Assembly (NCBI RefSeq): GCF_006345805.1
Contig: NC_042997.1
Location: forward strand, 161,634,001-161,698,000
DNA length: 64,000 bases
Direction: 5' to 3'
From: Octopus sinensis
Lineage: Eukaryota
Positions 42,816-55,235 of the stretch are shown here, one piece after another (the first letter of the stretch is position 1; each line of letters starts with the position of its first letter). A model generated the notes under the pieces. That model worked only from the letters and a program-made list of their open reading frames with translations. It had not been told where the DNA came from and searched no databases. The translations under genes and the position numbers were made by a program.

Positions 42816-43728
42816 GATGAAATAAACATTTTTCTTTTAGCAGTTTGATATACAAAAAAAACATACGATGATCTCGGAATATAAAGTATATATTCGCAAT
42901 TAGGTCTATAATCACACAAACCTATTCCAACCACACCACACTATACAATGAGGTTCACACAGCAATAATATATAATGTGCATTATAATCTATGTTATCTG
43001 AGTCGGAAAATTCTAAACTGCTACTTCGATGCAGGATTCTATGTGGTGTAAGATAGTTACACAATTGATTTCATATTTCATGGAATAATAATACACGGAT
43101 GTTTTCATATATAAGATAATTTAGTACAGATTCTATAATGTACATCGCCGTATATTTAAACCGTAAACGAAAATAGAAAAATTTAAGATGAACTACAGTA
43201 CATACATACATATATTGTTCATTGTAGTCTGAAAAAAAATCAAATATTGGCTCCAACTCAGCAAATTTTAAATTTTGAAACCAAATGCAACAAAATGTGA
43301 GTGTTTCTACAATGTGTACAACATTTACTCGTAGGCTGACAAAGCTCTGTTTCTTATCAATGAAAGCATACCACTAATGAAAGCCCAGGCTATACCTTGT
43401 TGACAAACAATATTGTTGTCACATGGAAGTAAAATCAAAAAACTGTTGATAAATAAATATCGACATCAGATACATATTCTGGCCATGAGATAATGATACA
43501 CACACAGGCTTCGGGCCCTATTACGGCTTGTTATTCTGCAGGATATAAACAACCACTATTCTTGTTGTTAATTAATAATGTACATATTATGAAAGTACTG
43601 CAATATGAAATTCCATTAGACATTTCTTCATTAGATCACAAACTGAATAATTAGTAGCAGTTAGTAAGATACGTGACAATTCAAAACATTACTCAGAAAA
43701 GATCTACTTCTAATTACAAACAGCATAC

Positions 43729-43995
43729 CTTCCACAGATATTGTGGCTGATGTAGACACATCGCCTGCCACACAAGAATATTCTCCTATATCTTCCAAAG
43801 TAACATTTTCAATTATCAATTGGTGAACCTTCATATCGGCAACAATCTTCAAGTGATTATCACTCTGAATTTCTTTGCCATTCTTTTTCCAAATGGTTTT
43901 TATATTTTCCTTTGACAATTCACATATTAAAACAGCCTTTTCTTTTTCTTTCATTTTAATATTTGTTAATTTCTTTGTGAATTCAGGTTTGATTT
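43729..43995 (-). CDS. OBSCN: Array Ig exon (type A)
   Basis: 267 nt, AG/GT intact, open frame. Confidence 0.9.
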
Positions 43996-44761
43996 CTAAG
44001 AAAAAATACAAGCAAGTTTTTACCAAACATAACATGAGACGAAACAGTATAACATAACAAAATACATACATAAAGGAATTTCCAAAGAATATAGAATTTA
44101 CAAATGACAATAATGTTTACAAGTAAAATACAACATGTAAATTATACATTAATATTACTGATACAACACACTAAACAACGGAATTATCTTCTAAACAACA
44201 AATTATCTTCAAAATTCCTATTAAAATTTATATCTACATTGAGAATTAAAAAAAATATTCTACTGTAAACTCACAGAAAGATCCTACTAGATGCTAAATA
44301 TCTGCATACTTACAATCGCATTATGTAGAAAATATTATCATAAACTTTCGTATTGCACATAATTTAAAAGAGATTTTGATTAGTATGTTATAGTACAATA
44401 AAATTAATCCACAGAAAACTAATGTATTCTAGATAAGCAGATGAATATAGTGTTCAATGTAATATGAAAATACCCTTGTATTGGTTCGAAATAGGCATTT
44501 AACGTTGAATTACCTGATAATAAATAATCAATTTAAAAGTATATCAATGATAATGTTTATTTAATGTGCTCGCCGATTTACTTGCAATTAACTAACATGA
44601 GCGATAAAGCAGTGTAGCATATCACAAACAGAAGAATTGTTATTCATATTTGAGACTCAATACTGTTGTTACATTGAAGCCAAAGCAAACAATTTTGTTC
44701 GAGTAACAAAGCAACGACGCCAGATGTATTGATTGGCTCCAATGAGAAATAAGACACTCAC

Positions 44762-44791
44762 CAGTGTCAGGCTCTATTACAGCAGGTAGTT
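44762..44791 (-). CDS. OBSCN: Linker micro-exon ELPAVIEPDT
   Basis: 30 nt, cag acceptor, gtgagt donor. Confidence 0.8.
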
Positions 44792-45017
44792 CTGCAGGAT
44801 AGAAATATAAATAAAATTGCTTCATAATGAAAAAGAATATTGAATAAAGTACAAATAGCAAATTTACCACACTTTACAGATTTACCTTAAGCATTTCTTT
44901 TCTAGATTAACTAAATTTTCGCAGTATTTTTACAATCATTAGTAGATATACACAACAAGCAATTCAAAACATTTCTTTGCAATGAACTAGCTTTTACTAA
45001 TATACAAACAAGCGTAC

Positions 45018-45284
45018 CTTCCACAGATATTGTGGCTGATGTAGACACATCACCTGTTGCACAGGAATATTCTCCTATATCTTGCAAAGTAACATTTTCT
45101 ATAATCATTTGGTGAACTTTCATATCGGCAACAATCTTCAAGTGATTATCACTTTGAATTTCTTTGCCATTCTTTTTCCATGTGACTTTAATGTTTTCCT
45201 TTGACAATTCACATACTAAAACAGCCTTTTCTTTTTCTTTCAATTTAATATTTTTTAGTTTCTTTGTAAATTCAGGTTTGATTT
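45018..45284 (-). CDS. OBSCN: Array Ig exon (type B)
   Basis: 267 nt, AG/GT intact, open frame. Confidence 0.9.
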
Positions 45285-45985
45285 CTAAGAAAAAACAAAG
45301 CAGATTTTACGAAACATAACATGAGACAAAACAATATAACATATCCAAATTACAAACAAGGAATTTCCAAAGCATATAAAAATTACAAACGATACGATAA
45401 AGCTTACAGCTGAAATAATTGATATTACACATACAACACACGAAACAGCTAATATACTTCATAACACTTACAGTAAGAAGTTTTGAAAATATTGTACCGT
45501 AAACTGATTGCAACATCTTTCTAGATGTTTAGTGATATATGCATACGCACGCTCGCATTAATATTAAGGAAATATTATAATCTGATCAGATAGAATACCA
45601 CTTAGCAGATTACCTAGCGTATATTGTCACACAAATAAATATATGTAAAGAAAAATAGGCACATAAATATTGCTCAATGTAATCTGGAAATACACTTATA
45701 CAGGTTTGAAATAGGCAATTAATGTTGAATTGTCTTATGATATATATATATTGAATTTAAAAGTATATAAATGATAATGCTTATTCAATGTGTACACCGA
45801 TTAATTTAGGATAGGCTAACACACACACCATTGCAGTGTGGCTTATCACAGTTCGAAGGACTGTACATTATAGTAGAGAAACAATACTGTAGCTACATTG
45901 AAGCCAAAGCAGACAAATTTGCACGAAGAACAACGTAACGACACTAGACATACATATTGGCTCCATTGAGAAATAAGACACTCAC

Positions 45986-46015
45986 CAGTGTCAGGTTCTA
46001 TAACAGCAGGCAGTT
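45986..46015 (-). CDS. OBSCN: Linker micro-exon ELPAVIEPDT
   Basis: 30 nt, cag acceptor, gtgagt donor. Confidence 0.8.
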
Positions 46016-46233
46016 CTGCAGGGTGAAAGTAAAAATTAAATCACTACGTAATAGTAAAAAAAGCATCCAATCATACAGAAATTGTAAATATAGCGTAACT
46101 TACAGGAATACTTTTAGCATTTATATTCCTCATTAAAATATATTGTGGCCAATTTTCATAAAAATGCGCAATAAGAACTTCAAAATATTTCCTTGCAACA
46201 AACTAACTACTAGTAATATACAAACAAGTGTAC

Positions 46234-46500
46234 CTTCCACAGATATTGTGGCTGACGTAGACACATCGCCTGCCACACAAGAATATTCTCCTATATCTTC
46301 CAAAGTAACATTTTCAATTATCAATTGGTGAACCTTCATATCGGCAACAATCTTCAAGCGATTATCACTCTGAATTTCTTTGCCATTCTTTTTCCAAATG
46401 ACTTTTATGTTTTCCTTTGACAATTCACATACTAAAACAGCCTTTTCTTTCTCTTTCATTTTAATATTTGTTAATTTCTTTGTGAATTCAGGTTTGATTT
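46234..46500 (-). CDS. OBSCN: Array Ig exon (type A)
   Basis: 267 nt, AG/GT intact, open frame. Confidence 0.9.
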
Positions 46501-47261
46501 CTAAGAGAAAATACAAGCAAGTTTTACCAAACATAACATGAGACGAAACAGTATAACATAACAAAATACATACATAAAGGAATTTCCAAAGAATATAGAA
46601 TTTACAAATGACAATAATGTTTACAAGTAAAACACAACATGTAAAATATACATTAATATTACTGATACAACACACTAAACAACGGAATTATCTTCTAAAC
46701 AACAAATTATCTTCTAAATTCCTATTAAAATTTATAACTATCTTGAGAATTAAAAAAAAAATATTCTACTGTAAACTCACTGAAAGATCCTACTAGATGC
46801 TAAGTGATATCTGCATAATACAATAGCATTATCTAGAAATTGTCATAATCTTTCGTATAGAATATAATTTAGAAGAGATTTGGTTGGTATGTTGTACGAT
46901 AAAATTAATCCACAGAAAACTAAATATTCGAGATAAGCAGATGAATATAGAGTTCAATGTAATTGAAAATACCCTTATATCGGCTCGAAATAAGCATTTA
47001 AAGTTGAATTACCAGATAATAAATAATCAATTTAAAAGTATATCAATGATAATGTTTATTTAATGTGCTCGCCGATTTACTTGCAATTAACTAACAAGAG
47101 CGATAAAGCAGTGTAGCATATCACAAACAGAAGCATTGTATATTTATATTTGAGACTCAATACTGTTGTTACATTGAAGCCAAAGCAAACAATTTTGTTC
47201 GAGTAACAAAGCAATGACGCCAGATGTATTTATTGGCTCCAATGAGAAATAAGACACTCAC

Positions 47262-47291
47262 CAGTGTCAGGTTCCATTACAGCAGGTAGTT
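47262..47291 (-). CDS. OBSCN: Linker micro-exon ELPAVMEPDT
   Basis: 30 nt, cag acceptor, gtgagt donor. Confidence 0.8.
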
Positions 47292-47517
47292 CTGCAGGAT
47301 AGAAATATAAATAAAATTGCTTCATAATGAAAAAGAATATTGAATAAAGTACAAATAGCAAATCTACCACACTTTACAGATTTACCTTAAGCATTTCTTT
47401 TCTAGATTAACTACCTTTTCGCAGTATTTTTACACTGATTAGTAGAAGTACACAACAAGCAACTAACAACACTTCTTTGCAATGAATTAACTACTTCTAA
47501 TATACAAACAAGCGTAC

Positions 47518-47784
47518 CTTCCACAGATATTGTGGCTGATGTAGACACATCACCTGTCACACAGGAATATTCTCCTATATCTTGCAAAGTAACATTTTCT
47601 ATAATCATTTGGTGAACTTTCATATCGGCAACAATCTTCAAGTGATCATCACTTTGAATTTCTTTGCCATTCTTTTTCCAAGTGACTTTAATGTTCTCCT
47701 TTGACAATTCACATATTAAAACAGCCTTTTCTTTTTCTTTCAATTTAATATTTGTTAGTTTCTTTATAAATTCAGGTTTGATTT
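47518..47784 (-). CDS. OBSCN: Array Ig exon (type B)
   Basis: 267 nt, AG/GT intact, open frame. Confidence 0.9.
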
Positions 47785-48498
47785 CTGAGAAAAAACAAAA
47801 AGATTTTACGAAACATAACATGAGACAAAACAGTGAAACATAACAAAATACAAACAAGGAATTTCCAAAGCATATAACAACTGCAAACGATACGATAAAG
47901 CCAGAGATGAAATAATTGATATTACAGATACTACACACGAAACAACGCAATTCAAGAATTTCTAATATACTTCATAACACTTACACTAAGCCTTTTTTAA
48001 ATATTGTACCGTAAACTGATTGCAAGATCTTACTAGATGCTTAGTGATATATGGATGCGTACGCCCGCATTAATATTAAGGAAATATTATAATCTATCAC
48101 ATAGAATATCTCTTAGCAGATGACCTAGCGTATATTGTCACACAAATAAATATATGTAAAGAAAAATAGGCACATAAATATTGCTCAATGTAATCTGGAA
48201 ATACACTTATACAGGTTCGAAATAGGCAATTAATGTTGAATTGCATTAAGGTATATATATATATTGAATTTAAGTGTATATAAATGAAAATGCTTATTCA
48301 ATGTGTACACCGATTAATTTAGGATAGGCTAACACACACACTATTGCAGTGTGGCTTATCACAGTTCGAAGGACTGTACATTATAGTAGAGAAACAATAC
48401 TGTAGCTACATTGAAGCCAAAGCAGACAAATTTGCACGAAGAACAACGTAACGACACTAGACATACATATTGGCTCCATTGAGAAATAAGACACTCAC

Positions 48499-48528
48499 CA
48501 GTGTCAGGTTCTATAACAGCAGGCAGTT
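48499..48528 (-). CDS. OBSCN: Linker micro-exon ELPAVIEPDT
   Basis: 30 nt, cag acceptor, gtgagt donor. Confidence 0.8.
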
Positions 48529-48751
48529 CTGCAGGGTGAAAGTAAAAATTAAATCACTACGTAATAGTAAAAAAAATAATCCAATCATACAGAAATTGTA
48601 AATATAGCGTAACTAACAGGTATACCTTTAGCATTTATATTCCTCATTAAATGATATTGTGTACAATTTTCATAAAAATGCGCAATAAGAACTTCAAAAT
48701 ATTTCCTTGCAACAAACTAACAACTAGTAATATACAAACAAATGAATGTAC

Positions 48752-49018
48752 CTTCCACAGATATTGTGGCTGATGTAGAAACATCGCCTGCCACACAAGA
48801 ATATTCTCCTATATCTTCCAAAGTAACATTTTCAATTATTAATTGATGAACCTTCATATCAGCAACAATCTTCAAGCGATTATCACTCTGAATTTCTTTG
48901 CCATTCTTTTTCCAAATGACTTTTATGTTTTCCTTTGACAATTCACATATTAAAACAGCCTTTTCTTTTTCTTTCATTTTAATATTTGTTAATTTCCTTG
49001 TGAATTCAGGTTTGATTT
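48752..49018 (-). CDS. OBSCN: Array Ig exon (type A)
   Basis: 267 nt, AG/GT intact, open frame. Confidence 0.9.
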
Positions 49019-49753
49019 CTAAGAAAAAATACAAGTACGTTTATACCAAACATAACATGAGACGAAACATCGTAACATGAAATACATACATAAACGAATT
49101 TCCAAAGAATATAGTATTTACAAATGACAATAATGTTTACAAGTAAAATACAACATGTAGAATACATTAATATTACTAATACAACACACTAAACAACGGA
49201 ATCACCTTCTAAACAACAAATTATCTTCCAAATTCCTATTAAAATTTATAATTTCATTGAGAATTAAAAAAAATATTCTACTGTAAACTCAGTGAAAGAT
49301 CCTACTAGATGCGAAGTGATATCTGCATACTTACAATCGCATTACCTAGAAAATATCATAATATTTCCTATAGAATATAATTCAGAAGAGATTTTGATTA
49401 GTATGTTGTCGTACAATTAAATATAGCTACAGAAAACTAAAGTATTCTAGTTAAGCACATGTGATCTGAAATCGTCTCGAAATAAGCATATAACGTTGAA
49501 ATTCCTGATAATAAATAATCAATTTAAAAGTATATCAATGATAATGTTTATTTAATGTGCTCGCCGATTTACTTGCAATTAACTAACAAGAGCGATAAAG
49601 CAGTGTAGCATATCACAAACAGAAGCATTGTACATTTATATTTGAGACTCAATACTGTTGTTACATTGAAGCCAAAGCAAACAATTTTGTTCGAGTAACA
49701 AAGCAATGACGCCAGATGTATTTATTGGCTCCAATGAGAAAAACGACACTCAC

Positions 49754-49783
49754 CAGTGTCAGGCTCTATTACAGCAGGTAGTT
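49754..49783 (-). CDS. OBSCN: Linker micro-exon ELPAVIEPDT
   Basis: 30 nt, cag acceptor, gtgagt donor. Confidence 0.8.
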
Positions 49784-50009
49784 CTGCAGGATAGAAATAT
49801 AAATAAAATTGCTTCATAATGAAAAAGAATATTGAATAAAGTACAAATAGCAAATCTACCACACTTTACAGATTTACCTTAAGCATTTCTTTTCTAGATT
49901 AACTAAATTTTCGCAGAATTTTTACACTGATTAGTAGAAGTACACGACAAGCAATTCAAAACATTTCTTTGCAATGAATTAGCTTCTACTAATATACAAA
50001 CAAGCGTAC

Positions 50010-50276
50010 CTTCCACAGATATTGTGGCTGATGTAGACACATCACCTGTCACACAGGAATATTCTCCTATATCTTGCAAAGTAACATTTTCAATAATCAT
50101 TTGGTGAACTTTCATATCGGCAACAATCTTCAGGTGATCATCACTTTGAATTTCTTTGCCATTCTTTTTCCATGTGACTTTAATGTTTTCCTTTGACAAT
50201 TCACATACTAAAACAGCCTTTTCTTTTTCTTTCAATTTAATATTTGTTAGTTTCTTTGTAAATTCAGGTTTGATTT
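50010..50276 (-). CDS. OBSCN: Array Ig exon (type B)
   Basis: 267 nt, AG/GT intact, open frame. Confidence 0.9.
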
Positions 50277-50977
50277 CTAAGAAAAAACAAACAGATTTTA
50301 CGAAACATAACATGAGACAAAACAGCATAACATATCCAAATTACAAACAAGGAATTTCCAAAGCATATAAAAATTGCAAACGATACGATAAAGCTTACAG
50401 TTGAAATAATTGATATTACAGATACAACACAAGGAACAACTAATATACTTCATAACATTTACAGTAAGAACTTTTAAAAATATTGTACCGTAAACTGATT
50501 GCAAAATCGTAATAGATGCTTCGTGGTATATGATTCGTACGTTCGCATTAATATTAAGTAAATATTTTAATCTGATCACATAGAATATCACTTAGCAGAT
50601 TACCTAGCGTATATTGTCACACAAGTAAGTATATGTAAAGAATAATAGGCACATAAATATCGCTCAATGTAATCTGAAAATACACTTATACAGGCTCGAA
50701 ATAGGCAATTAATGTTGAATTGCATTAAGGTATATATATATATTGAATTTAAGTGTATATAAATGAAAATGCTTATTCAATGTGTACACCGATTAATTTA
50801 GGATAGGCTAACACACACACTATTGCAGTGTGGCTTATCACAGTTCGAAGGACTGTACATTATAGTAGAGAAACAATACTGTAGCTACATTGAAGCCAAA
50901 GCAGACAAATTTGCACGAAGAACAACGTAACGACACTAGACATACATATTGGCTCCATTGAGAAATAAGACACTCAC

Positions 50978-51007
50978 CAGTGTCAGGTTCTATAACAGCA
51001 GGCAGTT
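50978..51007 (-). CDS. OBSCN: Linker micro-exon ELPAVIEPDT
   Basis: 30 nt, cag acceptor, gtgagt donor. Confidence 0.78.
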
Positions 51008-51226
51008 CTGCAGGGTGAAAGTAAAAATTAAATCACTACGTAATAGTAAAAAAAATAATCCAATCATACAGAAATTGTAAATATAGCGTAACTAACAGGT
51101 ATACCTTTAGCATTTATATTCCTCATTAAATGATATTGTGTACAATTTTCATAAAAATGCGCGGTAAGAAATTCAAAATATTTCCTTGCACCGTACTAAC
51201 TACTAGTAATATACAAACAAATGTAC

Positions 51227-51505
51227 CTTCCACAGATATTGTGGCTGACGTAGACACATCACCCGCCACACAAGAATACTCTCCTATATCTTTCAAAGTA
51301 ATATTTTCCATTAATTAACTGATGAACTGTCATATCAGCGACAATCTTTAAGTGACTATCACCCTGAATTTTTTTGCCATTCTTTTTGCCAGTCATTTCC
51401 AAATGACAATAATATTTTCCTTCGACAATTCACATATTAAAACAGCCTTTCCTTTCTCCTTCACCTTAATATTTGTTAATTTCTTTGTGAATCCAGGTTT
51501 TAATT
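51227..51505 (-). pseudogene. Ig pseudo-exon with intact splice dinucleotides and a premature stop
   Basis: 279 nt: 11-nt insertion creates TGG AAA TGA, plus a 1-nt insertion; AG and GT retained. Confidence 0.85.
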
Positions 51506-52349
51506 CTACGAAATACAGCCAAGTTTTTACCAAACATAACATGTTATAAACAGTATAACATAAGAAACAAAATACATAGATAAAGAACATTTCCGAAGAA
51601 TATAGTATTTATAAAGGATACAGTAGGATGTACTGATACAACACACAAAACATCAAAATTCTAGGAGAAATTATCTGCTGCTTTTCTAATATAATTAATA
51701 ATAGCTACATTGAAAATTTTACCAATTTTCTGCAGTAAAGGCATCGTAAGCTAATTGTTAAGTAACTATATGAGTACTTACGCTCGAATTAAATTTCAGA
51801 AAATATTATCGCATTCTATCACATAGAATATCATTTACAGGAGCTTCTATATACATTGACACACATTTAAACTTGTTTGAAAACAAACAAACAAACAAAA
51901 AATAACTAAAATATTCATAAGAAATATTATCGTATACTAAAATTCATGTAAAGATAACTAATCTATTGGAGATAAATATTGTCGTTCAGTTAAATACATG
52001 TAAAGAAATCTAAAGTTTTCGAGATAAGGACATAAATATATTGTGGAAAGTAATCTGAAATGCCCTTGTATTGGTTCGAAATAGGCATTTAATGGTGGAT
52101 TGCTTTATACGAAATATTGGAGTTAAAATTAAAATCAAGGATGCAGTTTATTCAATGTGTACATTGATTTACTCCTGATAGGCTAACAAGTGTGTCAAAG
52201 CAGTGTGGCTTATCACAAAACGAAGCACTGTACATTTATATTTGAGAAACAATGCTGTTACCACATTGAAGCCAAAGCAATTTCGTTCGAAAAATAACGT
52301 AATGTCACAAGGCATACATATTGGCTCGACTGAAACATCAAACACTCAC

Positions 52350-52379
52350 TAGTGTCAGGCTCTATAACAGCAGGAAGCC
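52350..52379 (-). CDS. OBSCN: Linker micro-exon GLPAVIEPDT
   Basis: 30 nt, cag acceptor, gtgagt donor; both exon-edge bases deviate from consensus. Confidence 0.6.
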
Positions 52380-52600
52380 CTGCAGGGTAAAATTAAAGAT
52401 TAAATCACTTCGTAATAGTAAAAAAAAAAACTGTTGAACAGTGCAGAATTTGTAAATCTACCATAGTTTACAGATTTGCCTTAAGCATTTCATTTCTACA
52501 CTTCGCAGAATTTTACAATGTTTTGTGGAAGTACACGACAAGCAATTCAAAACATTTCTTTGCAATGAACTAGCTTCTACTAATATACAAACAAGCGTAC

Positions 52601-52867
52601 CTTCAACAGATAATGTGGCTGATGTAGACACATCGCCTGTCGCACAGGAATATTCTCCTATATCTTGCAAAGTAACATTTTCAATTATTAATTGGTGAAC
52701 CTTCATATCGGCAACAATCTTCAAGTGATCATCACTTTGAATTTCTTTGCCATTCTTTTTCCATGTGACTTTCGTGTTTTCTTTCGACAATTCACAAATT
52801 AAAACAGCCTTTTCTTTTTCATTCACTTTAATATTTGTTAGTTTCTTTGTAAATTCAGATTTTATTT
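52601..52867 (-). CDS. OBSCN: Array Ig exon
   Basis: 267 nt, AG/GT intact, open frame. Confidence 0.9.
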
Positions 52868-53380
52868 CTAAGAAAAAAAAACAAGCAGGTCTTACGAAAC
52901 ATAACATGAGACAAAACAGTATGAAATAACAACCAAAATACATACAAAGAATTTCCAAAGCATATAATAACTGCAAACGATATGATAAGGCTTACAGTTG
53001 AAATACATTAATATTGCAGATACAACACACGAAGCACAAAACTCAAGCAGAAATCACCTCCTAAATTTCTTATATATTTCGTAACACCTAAACTGAGAAT
53101 TTTAAGCTCGAAATAAGCTTGTAATGAATTGTCTTATGATTTATATTGAATTTAAAAGTAAATCAATGATAATGTTTATTCAATGTGTACATCGATTAGT
53201 TCACGACAGGCTAACAAACACAGCAATGCAGTGTGTCTTATCACAGTTCGAAGGACAGTACATTATAGTAGAAAAACAATACGGTTGCCACATTGAAGCC
53301 AAAGCAAGCAATTTCGTTCGAATCGCAATGTAACGACACTAGACATACATATTGGCTCCATTGAGAAATAAGACACTCAC

Positions 53381-53410
53381 CAGTGTCAGGCTCTATAACA
53401 GCAGGCAGTT
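53381..53410 (-). CDS. OBSCN: Linker micro-exon ELPAVIEPDT
   Basis: 30 nt, cag acceptor, gtgagt donor. Confidence 0.8.
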
Positions 53411-53625
53411 CTGCAGGGTAAAAGTAAAAATTAAATCACTACGTAATAGTAAAATCTTTAGTCATTCAGAAATTGCAAACTTTTCATAACTTACAAGGTT
53501 TACTTTAAGTATTTATATTCCACATTAAAAGATATTGTGGACAATTTTCATAAAAATGCGCAATAAGAAATTCAAAATATTTCCTTGCAACAAACTAACT
53601 ACTACTAATATACAAACAAGTGTAC

Positions 53626-53892
53626 CTTCCACAGATATTGTGGCTGATGTAGACACATCACCTGCCACACAAGAATATTCTCCTACATCTTGCAATGTAA
53701 CATCTTCAATAATCAGTTGATGAACCTTCATATCGGCAACAATTTTCAAGTGATTATCACTCTGAATTTCTTTGCCATTCTTTTTCCAAATGACTTTTGT
53801 GTTTTCCTTTGACAATTCACATATTAAAACAGCCTTTTCTTTCTCTTTCATTTTAATATTTGTTAATTTCTTTGTGAATTCAGGCTTTATTT
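53626..53892 (-). CDS. OBSCN: Array Ig exon
   Basis: 267 nt, AG/GT intact, open frame. Confidence 0.9.
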
Positions 53893-54725
53893 CTATGGGA
53901 AAACAAGCAGGTTTTACCAAACATCATCAGACAAAAGAGAGCAACTTAAGAAACAAAATTGATACAAGGGATTTCCAAAGAAAATAGTATTTACAAATGA
54001 AATGATAAGGTTTGCAAGTGAAATAAATCAATCCTATGAATAAAATGCACTAAGCAACGAAATTGAAGGAGAAATTATCATCTAAATTTCTAATATAACT
54101 CATAAATTTAGAAGCTTTGAAAATATTCTACTGTAAACTCTTTGTAAGTGTTCCCTAGATGCCAAGTGATATATGCTCACATCTACGCTCGCATTAATAT
54201 TTAGAAAATATTATCACAATCTCTTCATGTAGAGTATCATTCAGAAGAGCATCTGCATAGTATATTTTCCCTGAATTAAATGTATGTAAAGAAAACGAAA
54301 GTATTCAAGAGAAATATTGTCGTACAGTTAAATTAATGTGAAGATAACTAATCTGTTCGAGATAAATGTTGTCGAACAGTTAAATTTACGTAAAGAAATC
54401 TAAAGTTTTCGAGATAAACACATAAACACATTGCTCAATCTAATCTGAAAATACCCTTATATAGGTAAGTAATGTTGAATTGGTTTTTAATAAATATTGA
54501 ATTTAGAATTAAAACAATAATGTGTATTCGAAGTGTGTCCTGATTTACTCCAGATTGGCTAATAAGTACGTGAAACCAGCGTGGCTTTTCACAATTGGAA
54601 GTACTGTACGTTTATAGTTGAGAAAATCTGTTGCCACACTGAAGGCAAAGAAAACAATCTTGTTCGAATAACAATGTAACGACGCCAGACATACATATTG
54701 GCTACATTAGAAATGAGACATTCAC

Positions 54726-54755
54726 CAGTGTCAGGCTCTATTACAGCAGGCAGTT
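54726..54755 (-). pseudogene. Linker micro-exon with lost acceptor
   Basis: Perfect ELPAVIEPDT body and GT donor, acceptor CAG changed to AAA. Confidence 0.75.
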
Positions 54756-54968
54756 TTTCAGGGTAAAAATAAAAATTGAATCAATTCGTAATAGTAATAA
54801 AGATGTAAACATACAGAAATTGCAAACCTTCCATAACTTACATGATTACCTTAAGTACTTCTGTTCCACATTAAATAACTTTGTGGACAATTTTCATTAA
54901 AATGCACAAGAGATTCAAAATATATCTTTGCAATGAACTAACTACTACTAATATACAAACAAGCGTAC

Positions 54969-55235
54969 CTTCCACAGATAATGTGGCTGATGTAGACACA
55001 TCACCTGCTACACAAGAATATTCTCCTATATCTTCCAAAGTAACATTTTCAATAATCAATTGGTGAACCTTCTTATCGGCAACAATCTTCAAGTGATTAT
55101 CACTTTTGATTTCTTTGCCATTCTTTTTCCAAATGACTTTAATGTTTTCCTTCAACAATTCACATATTAAAACAACCTTTTCTTTTTCTTTCACTTTAAT
55201 ATTTGTTAATTTCTTTGTAAATTCAGGTTTGATTT
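54969..55235 (-). CDS. OBSCN: Array Ig exon
   Basis: 267 nt, AG/GT intact, open frame. Confidence 0.9.
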
